A DNA stretch of 64,000 bases from Macrostomum lignano (taxonomy: Eukaryota). Of the stretch, positions 56,401-64,000 are shown piece by piece (the first letter of the stretch is position 1; the number at the start of each line of letters is the position of its first letter). The position numbers were made by a program, and so were the translations under genes. Under the pieces are notes generated by a model. That model made no database searches. It was given only the letters and a program-made list of their open reading frames with translations, and was not told where the DNA came from. The stretch lies in assembly GCA_002269645.1 (NCBI GenBank), contig NIVC01003975.1:2957-66956 (forward strand). Reading direction: 5' to 3'.

Positions 56401-59400
56401 AATAGATTTACCTGAAGCCTTGTCTGTGATGACTGTTGACGATTCGAGAAAAGAGTCGAGTTTGAATATTTTTGTTAATAATAGTGGGCTATTTGCATAT
56501 TTTCATATCATTAAAATTTGATTAAAATTGTTTAAGCTGGCAAGCTTAAATGCACACTATATAGAATATTGCTACTCCCCCCAATCTTTAATAAGCGATG
56601 CAAAGGTTTTCAGTTAGGTAAGGCTGAGAAGTTGAAAATTTCCATGACCCAAGAAATTGAACTAAAAAATATGATTCAAATTTAAACTGATAGTGTGATA
56701 TTTAGATAAATCTTTTATACATGTATTAGTCTATTTTATCATTCAAGCGAAATTAAAACTGCTTACTAAAAGCGATTGCAGATTAGTGCATGTAAAGGAC
56801 TTAATAGTGGCGCAAGGGACTTCTGAGGTGAACAGGGATGTCAGGGACTTCTGGGGGAGAACAGGTGTGTCAGGGACTTTTGGGGGAGAACAGGTGTGCC
56901 AGGGACTTCTGGGGGGGAACAGGTGTGCCAAGGACTTTCTGTGGAGGAACAGGGGGCACAAAAGTATAAAAGTACATGTAAACAATGTAGAATACAAGCA
57001 TCAAAGCGGATTATTAAAAGCCAAAAAGCACCAGAGTTTGAACCGCATGTACTTGTAATGCATGCTACTCGTAACACAGATATTAATTAAACTTCAACCA
57101 TAACAGCTATTGTCACCTGCACTGCCCTGCAGAGTGATAGAATCCTGCTCCTCCTGCTGCTCCTGGGTCTCCTCATCGGCGCCTTCGGCCTTCAAATAAA
57201 TTTAGCAATTAAATGCGTGAAAATATTAAACTTTTTATGACGCTGAAATATACTTAGAGAAGATTAGTCATTTACAAGTGTATCATAGACATAAACGCCA
57301 ATTATATCTATTGTCATCGTTGCAATAATAATCGTGATTTATATAAAGTTTCTTTCAATCCAAGTAGTATAGAACGCACTTTTATCTTAAGGAGAAAACA
57401 GCGACAAGAGTTTTGTGCACCCATAACAGCACCAGTGCGTGCGGAACAGTAATAACTGCCTTTACTTCGAATATAAATTAATATTCCATAAAACATATAA
57501 ATTAAATGCATTGAGTGCAACACAAAGAAGAAAGTATAAACTAAAAAAGTGCCTTATAAGTACTCTTCCAGTCAAAAAATTCTAAGAAGTTAACCATCAT
57601 TGATTCGTTTACCTTCAGGTTGAATCGCGTTTTAATGCATCTTCCAGCGGCTTTAAATTGTAACGAATTGTTGTTAGCAATTTCATGTAAACTACTACGA
57701 TTTAGCTTTATGTCTGAGGAATACTACTCGTCACTAGACTCGTAAGTAAAAATATTAGCAAAAGGCAACCGAGACTATATCATTTTCTCATATTTTTAAG
57801 TAATAATTAATATGAAATTCTTTAAAAACCTGCGGAATACTGCTTGTCACTGACTCGTAAGTAGGAGCATATGAAAAAAGCAACAAAAATGTGTTGATTA
57901 GAATTTTTCCAACGCTTTAGTTACCTGCTGATCCTTGCTATGAGAGTCCAGCAGCTCGCGCCTGTCTTTGGCCTCCTGAATCTCTATCACTCGCCGCTTG
58001 GCAACCTGATCGAGTCGATCCTGCTCTTCTTTAGTCTGCGGTCTCAGCGGGTAGTTCGACACCTCTAGGGGGGCGCCGAACGTTACAATACTGCGACCTT
58101 TGACCTCCATTTCTTCCCAGCATTCGCGTTTTATGACCTCGCGAGGAACTTCTTGGCCAGATTTTCCAGCCCGATGCGCTTGCGAACGCTGGCCACCTGC
58201 GTTAGCGGATGAGCCATGCGATAATCATTCATATTTTCCCTAATCCACATCGATGGGATTCTCCCGTCTTTTCAAAATCCCTATCAAATGCGATTCTGTA
58301 ATTCCTAGAAAATCTCTAATGAGATTCTCGCATTCCTATAAAATCCCTAATAAGATTCCTACATTCCTAGAAACTCTATAACAAGATTCTCCCATTCCTA
58401 TAAATCCCTAATGAGATTCTCGCATTCCTATAAAATCCCTAACAAGATTCTCCCATTCCTAGAAAATCCCTAACAAGATTCTCCCATTCCTAGAAAATCC
58501 CTAACAAGATTCTCCCATTCCTAGAAAATCCCTAACAAGATTATCCCATTCCTAGAAAATCCCTAACAAGATTATCCCATTCCTAGAAAAGCCCTAACAA
58601 GATTATCCCATTCCTAGAAAATCCCTAACAAGATTATCCCTTTCCTAGAAAATCCCTAACAAGATTATCCCTTTCCTAGAAAATCCCTAACAAGATTATC
58701 CCATTCCTAGACAATCCCTAACAAGATTATCCCATTCCTAGAAAATCTATAACAAGATTCTCCCATTCCTAGAATCTCCCTAATGAGATTATCCCATTCC
58801 TAGAATCTCCCTAATGAGATTCTCCCATTCCTAGAAACTCCCTATCCATTGGATCCTCTGTATTCCTAGGAAATCCTCATCAAAAACATTCCCTTAAATA
58901 AAATCCTCTGAACTTTGAACTTGAAAACACGGTGAATGCTTTCGCACCTCACTATCAGTCTCCTGACCGAACTTGGCCTGCTCGTCCAAGTCGAGCTCGA
59001 ACTCGTGCGGATCGAGCCTCTCCAACTCGTCCGATTCGGCAGCATTTTTATCCACCATGGCTTTGATGTGGCTGCGCATCTCCGACAGCCTGTCGCGCAG
59101 TTCGGTCTTCTTGTCGGCGTATTTTCTATCCTCCTCTGTCAGGGCTTCGCGCTCCTGATCGTGCAGCCAGGTCGAGTTCGAGACCCGGCGAGCTGAGGAC
59201 GTTCCAGACGCCGCGCCGTCGTCATCGCACTCGGAAACTCGTCGTTCAGGCCGTTCGGTCGGCTGGGTCCACGTCGGCATTCCGGCCGATGCCTCGTTCT
59301 CGGCGGTGATGGCACTCATCCGGTCGGAGCTGAAGGCCAGCTCCCAGTCGGTAAATTTGGCGGAGAGCTCGTCTGGCAGCCTGCGGGGGTGCGAACGTGG

Positions 59401-62400
59401 ACGAGGTGCGATGTGCGGAGATCGCTATTGGCTACAGGCTCTTTCTATCTTTCTTTCCCACCTTCCTTCCCCGTCTTGCTTCTCTATCTTCCTTCCCAAT
59501 CACCATTCTCACCTGACAGAAAATCGGCACAGGCTGCCGTCGTATCCGGTAGTTAGTAGAGACTTGCCGTCAAGCGACAATGCTGCGGATAGCACACCAC
59601 CGTTGGTGTAGCTGTGGGCGCGCACTTTGACGGCGACTTCCTGCACGTAAATATTATAATAGTAACCAAATGAAGGTGTGAGGTGGGTGTCGGAGTGAGA
59701 GCGGGAGAGAAGTTATCTAGGGCAGAGGGGCAGAGGCGTGGGTGGATATCAGCTGGTGTACGTGTAAGAGCGGGAAAGAAGTTATCTAGGGCAGAGGGGC
59801 AGAGGCGTAGGGTGGATGTCAGCTGGTGTACGTGTAAGAGCGGGAAAGAAGTTATCTAGGGCAGAGGGGCAGAGGCGTGGGGTGGATGTCAGCTGGTGCA
59901 CGCGTAAGAGCGGGAAAGAAGTTATCTAGGGCAGAGGGGCAGAGGCGTGGGTGGATGTCAGCTGGTGTAAGAGCGGGAAAGAAGTTATCTAGGGCAGAGG
60001 GGCAGAGGCGTGGGTGGATGTCAGCTGGTGTACGTGCAAGAGCGGGAAAGAAGTTATCTAGGGCAGAGGGGCAGAGGCGTGGTGGATGTCAGCTGTGTAT
60101 TTCCAGATCAACGGTCAACAGAAAGCATCACTTGCATTCTTCTCTAAGTCGACCACCGTCACGTGACCGTCGCAACCGTACACCAGCAGAGCCAGCTTAG
60201 ATAGATGAATTTTCAGCTGCATCTCGGAGTCCTCGGCAAAAACTTCGGGAGAAGCGGCAACGTTGGCAGATAAAATCTGGTCTTCGGGCACTTCGTCCTG
60301 CGATTTTATTATATACGAGTATGTTTTGCATTAAATTCAAATTAAAGTTAAAATCAAAGTACATTTGATCCAACATTCGCGTGCGATTTGAGAAGATACT
60401 TCAAGCAAATCAAAATGCAAAAAAACGATAAATCAAAATCTGTTGCTTCTAAAATTTGCGTGATATTGCGTATGCATTTGTTTAAATAAATAAAAAGCAA
60501 CACGTGAAAAAGAGATTGTAAAAAAATAATAAGCAAAATTTCAACAGCCCGCAGGTCCATTGCAGTAAATAAATTTATGGAAAACGTTGATTTGTTATAA
60601 ATTGGTTGCTTAAATACAATTGTTCCATCCCACAAATTTGAAGTTTTGCAATCAAGGCTCATCAAAGCTTAACTTTGCTTTAATTAGCTTGTAAATAAAT
60701 TGGATCGCCTAAAAACAGAATTTTGTAAGGGCTGCTGGGGACACCTCATCTGGGCGCTGGTTCACTGCCTCCTCAATAGCTCTCTGCTGAGCCAAGTGCC
60801 TGCTGACACTGGCCATGCTGAGCCTCCACAGGGCCGTGCCCTGACGCCCCTGCAGCTGCTGTCGTTGCGGCAGAGAGGCAGTCAAGTCAACGGAGGACTT
60901 CGGGCCTCTGCTAGTGAAAGCGACCTCAGATTCGGGTGTCACAGATCTCTGAGACTCAAAGTGCTGCTGAGGTTGCTGTCCCTTCTGTGTGGATCGAGTT
61001 TTCATTTTTGTATTAAATTTTACCTTTTTATAACCTTTTAAACATACGACGCGATCGACAAAAATGGTGACAACAAAATAAAGCAGTTGCGGAGATGGAA
61101 AAAATGCCTGTGATTTTCATTAAAAAACGTTTTAAACAAACGAGTGACATACGTGAGTATACAGAGCTAAATAATTGCTTTTCGAGTTCGATTAAAACAA
61201 ACCTCATCAACATTTCGAACACTTCTTGAGCCTGCTCAGCTATTGGTTGATCCACTATCTAAACATGATTTTTAACGATAGAGAAGGTTTTTCAGCGATA
61301 TTTCCCCTGCGCCACTTTAAGTAGCGTATAAAGTGCATGCTGGTTAGATTTATTTACCGATTCTTCCTCGTGTTTGCGATGAATCTTCGCGGTGGCAGAA
61401 TTAATTGATGCGTTGATGCGGTACGGTGGTTTATAAGTAATTTCAATTGTAGAATTAGTTTAACTGTATAAAATACCTGACGTAGTTTGCTGTACTTTTC
61501 AAGCTTTAGTGACAAACGTACATACATATACACATGTAGCAAAAGAGTACATAGTACATGTACTTTAGAGTTCCAATTTGTGATCGTTATTATAACATTT
61601 AGATTTAACTCCGCGCCGTTATTCTCAACTATTTTAACAAAAATTGGTGTCTTTGTGATGACACTTTTTGCGACTTGATTCAAGCATTTTTTCTTTCGTT
61701 TAATTATGCTTGACTACACACACGAAACATAAATTCAGAACAACAGAATTGGAGTTTTGAACACTAAATCCCAGCAAATTCATTTAACTAATATTGATTT
61801 GGCACTTAATTCAAACAAAAACGTGCAGTTCAATACGTAATATTATAGTTACCTGGGCGACTTGGGCATATTCTGAACAAACATTGACATTCTTCGTTTA
61901 GCCTAAACGAATAAAAATGAGAAATCGTCCAGATATTTTAGTTAGCGTGGGAATTAAATTCTGTACACTAACTACTTTGAATAATAAATTGTTGGCATGC
62001 CTCAATACGTATACGTATACGTTGTACTTTACTGAATAAGTTTTGCAAATTTAAACATGCACTGATTAAAAAAATAATCAACAAAAACAAATTTAAACGG
62101 TTTTTATAAATATTTTACCTTCTTGTAAAGTTCCATGAACTGAAATAATATTATTGTCACATTTTTGATCGAATAATTTTTTGCAAGTAAAGATCCGTCT
62201 GAAGTGTTCGAATGAATTAAAACAAATCTAACTACATGTAAGTGCTCGTAGTTTGTTAATATTTTCCGTGATTTTCTTTAATCTAGTTCTGCTTGAATTG
62301 GCATTCAATTCTGGGCAGTAACTTACCGACTGTTGCGCCAAACTGCTACCAATGTCCACTGATAGTCTGCGCTGAGTCTTACAATTGTTGAAAGTTACAG

Positions 62401-63706
62401 TGAAGTTGACGTTAATTTTTATTACTCGTAATTTTTTTATTTTCAAGCAAAAACGCCTGTGACATGCTTCCAGTAGTATTTCCAGCATTTTAGCCCGTTG
62501 AAGAAAAAATAAAGAAAAGAGCTAGCTACTAAAATACCTCCGTCCGTTGCAGAGTTGCTTGTTTGATTCGAAGCTAAAAAGAAGTTTTAAATTATTAAAA
62601 GGACGACGCTTGATAAAATATCAAGAAATCAAAATCAGAGCCAATACTTCTTTTACTAAATATGATTTTCAAAACTGACTTGTGCAAGTGAAAATAATCT
62701 AATGGTATACCTGTCGTTTTTCTTCCTCGGAAATATCGGCCTGGTTTGAAAAATTGGCACCGATTTGAAAATAAACAACTTAAACAATTAAAATTTAATT
62801 AAATAACTTTGTCTTCGTGAATTCGACAGAGAAATGCAACTATAACAAAAAATCAACTTCAAACTCTAAGAAAAGTTACTAAGGAAATCAAAATTTGGCA
62901 ACAAAAATACCTTCTTTAATTCTTCAAGAAAGTTTTCCTACAAAATTGGGAGGGGTAAAATAAGAAACATCAAATGTGCCTTTAAAAACTAAGGTTAAAA
63001 CTGTGTGACGCACGCATAAAAAACGGACAATAGAAGAACTTAAAAGAAAGGGAATTAAAGTACGCATTGTACCTTGGCTCTCTGGCGGCCAAATCCGCCA
63101 TACCCGCTAGAGAGGCTTGGTCTTTTGCTGCTGAAATTCAAACAGAATTTAAGAGGGAGATGCCTCTAGCTGGTTTCGTGGGACACTGACAAAATATAAG
63201 CGTCATGGTATGAATTGGAATCCATAGTCTATGGCAGAGAGCCTGTGGTATAGTGTCTATGGTAGAGAGTCTATGGTAGAGAGTCTATGGTAGAGAGTCT
63301 ATGGTATAGTGTCTATGGTAGAGAGTCTATGGCTGAGAGCCTGTGGTATAGTGTCTATGGTAGAGAGTCTATGGTAGAGAGTCTATGGCTGAGAGCCTGT
63401 GGTAGAGAGTATTTGGCAAAGAGCCTGAGGTATTCTATGGCGGAAAGTCTATATCAATTAGCTAAAGCTAATAGTTAGTACAAACCTGATTAGTTGGCAG
63501 CGGGTACAGCAGCAGCTGGCGAGTGCTCTTGCCGATGGTGTAGAACCGGCCGCTCGCCGCCGAACAGGGTGCAGCCGTAGCCGCTGGCGTCCAGCCTGTA
63601 GGCCTGGCGCTTCACGGCGCTGTCTTCGAACAGGCCGCGATTGGGCCATAGAACTGAGGGGGATCTGGGAGATAGATTTGGGAGAACATGAGCTGCGATT
63701 TCTGAC
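47427..63706 (-). CDS. CFAP43: Cilia- and flagella-associated protein 43 (WDR96), 3' 16 exons; 5' part lies beyond the window; contains apparent frameshifts
   Basis: Exons 63706-63486, 60297-60136 (GC donor), 59640-59513, 59380-58948, 58196-57925, 57189-57117, 55810-55719, 54750-54337, 53735-53613, 52801-52416, 51993-51891, 51494-51279, 50312-49980, 48324-48244, 48152-47996, 47596-47427. Diagnostic segments [76 protein letters not shown]. Frame breaks at ~58143 and within 63550-63640. Confidence 0.9.
48370..49850. repeat. 45-bp minisatellite, ~33 copies, CFAP43 intron
   Basis: Unit GGATATTGGTGTCAGGAAGGGCCACTGCAGTATAAAACTGTCACT, highly homogeneous. Confidence 0.98.
50388..51225. repeat. 20-bp minisatellite (CTTTATCTCAGTCTCTCTCC), ~42 copies, CFAP43 intron
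   Basis: Near-perfect tandem array. Confidence 0.98.
52160..52350. repeat. 57-bp tandem repeat, ~3 copies
   Basis: AAGTTAAAAATGAGAGATAAGAAACGGTGTCGGAACATCAAAGTGGCCGCCGTTATC repeated. Confidence 0.9.
52900..53520. repeat. ~22-bp minisatellite (AAATCGGCGCCTTTGAGACACCC), CFAP43 intron
   Basis: About 27 degenerate units, each with a GGCGCC palindrome. Confidence 0.92.
53850..54300. repeat. 16-bp minisatellite (CACAGGTTCACCCATT), CFAP43 intron
   Basis: Homogeneous core at 54020-54250 with degenerate flanks. Confidence 0.93.
54880..55450. repeat. Compound minisatellite: degenerate GAAATCCCTGTGTGAGTTCTGG units with an embedded 27-bp array (GAAGTCTTTCTTGTGCGAGTCTATGGG, 55127-55285)
   Basis: Two repeat types visible; the inner one is near-perfect, ~6 copies. 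Confidence 0.88.
56412..56432 (-). CDS. Candidate 21-nt symmetric micro-exon of CFAP43 (adds VITDKAS)
   Basis: tcgtcaacag|TCATCACAGACAAGGCTTCAG|gtaaat; phase 1 to phase 1, matching the surrounding CFAP43 intron (57116-55811). Confidence 0.45.
56810..56945. repeat. 27-bp repeat (CAGGGACTTCTGGGGGAGAACAGGTGTG-like), ~5 copies
   Basis: Short degenerate tandem array in an AT-rich intron. Confidence 0.85.
58290..58860. repeat. 30-bp minisatellite (ATTCCTAGAAAATCCCTAACAAGATT[C/A]TCCC), CFAP43 intron
   Basis: About 19 units. Confidence 0.95.
59695..60095. repeat. ~60-70-bp purine-rich minisatellite, CFAP43 intron
   Basis: AGAGCGGGAAAGAAGTTATCTAGGGCAGAGGGGCAGAGGCGTGGGTGGATGTCAGCTGGTG repeated ~6 times. 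Confidence 0.93.
60709..61005 (-). CDS. Unassigned GC-rich exon-like ORF inside the CFAP43 intron (98 aa)
   Basis: Open frame [15 protein letters not shown]...[29 protein letters not shown] with exon-like GC content against AT-rich flanks; possible acceptor acacag| and donor GAG|gtgtcc, both phase 0. No recognised homology. Confidence 0.4.
   Translation of the reverse strand: MKTRSTQKGQQPQQHFESQRSVTPESEVAFTSRGPKSSVDLTASLPQRQQLQGRQGTALWRLSMASVSRHLAQQRAIEEAVNQRPDEVSPAALTKFCF
61203..63130 (-). CDS. Chain of micro-exons (nested gene or CFAP43 cassette exons), product unrecognised
   Basis: AG/GT-bounded exons 63130-63073 (58 nt), 62937-62911 (27), 62740-62711 (30), 62573-62538 (36), 62377 or 62371-62327 (51/45), 62139-62119 (21), 61902-61853 (50), and weaker 61503-61477 (27), 61258-61203 (56). 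They splice into an open frame: [50 protein letters not shown]-(TQ)[38 protein letters not shown]. Confidence 0.6.
63225..63440. repeat. 14-bp minisatellite (GTCTATGGTAGAGA)
   Basis: Degenerate tandem units just 3' of the CFAP43 donor at 63485. Confidence 0.88.
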
Positions 63707-63769
63707 CTGTAAGTAGCTCGTATCTCTGCCCACACTCCTATATAGAAATTATAATCTACCCCATCTATA

Positions 63770-64000
63770 CCCCTCTCTATACCCTCCTCCCTTTACCTCC
63801 TCTTTTTTTACCTTCCTCTCAATACTCTCCTCTCAATACCCTCCTCTCAATACCCTCCTTCCAATACCCTCCTCTCAATAACCGCCTTTTAATACCCTCC
63901 TCTCTTTACCCTCCTCTCTTCACCTTCCTCTCAATACCCTCCTCTCAATACTCTCCTCTCAGTACCCTCCTCTCAATACCCTCCTCTCAGTACCCTCCTC
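63770..64000. repeat. ~15-bp pyrimidine-rich repeat (CCTCCTCTCAATAC), runs off the window end
   Basis: Degenerate tandem units. Confidence 0.88.

Noticed and set aside
57612-57850. Additional micro-exon candidates (57849-57830, its near-duplicate at ~57733-57714, and a 38-nt segment ending at a gtaaac donor near 57613)
   Set aside because: They start in phase 1 inside a phase-0 intron with no partner exon found, and one donor (gttttt) is weak; noted but not supported.

Overview
Eukaryotic (animal) genomic DNA, not prokaryotic: spliceosomal GT-AG genes whose introns are mostly filled with intron-specific minisatellites. That style, with GC-rich exons, is most consistent with a flatworm such as Macrostomum (inference, no database check). 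Seven protein-coding genes can be built by hand: an intronless temptin-domain copper monooxygenase (MOXD1/DBH-like, -), an intronless LicD/fukutin-family protein (+), a 7-exon SLC20/PiT phosphate transporter (+), a 6-exon DLK/LZK-type MAP3K (-), 4-exon PSMD5 (-), 2-exon PDCD6/ALG-2 (+), and the last 16 exons of CFAP43 (-, 5' end outside the window, with apparent frameshifts). Mobile DNA includes a decayed Gypsy LTR element, a Tc1-like fragment, several MITEs with intact TSDs, and two inverted CORE-type tRNA SINEs. The most unusual observations are a chain of symmetric phase-0 micro-exons hidden in an AT-rich CFAP43 intron and missed by the ORF track, the inverted SINE pair bracketing two PiT exons, a His-to-Tyr change in the CuM site of the monooxygenase, a non-RD DLK kinase with a polyQ tract in its activation loop, and a sharply CpG-depleted intergenic tract. 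Most long ORFs in the supplied track are repeat artefacts. All gene models, alignments and counts were made by eye.
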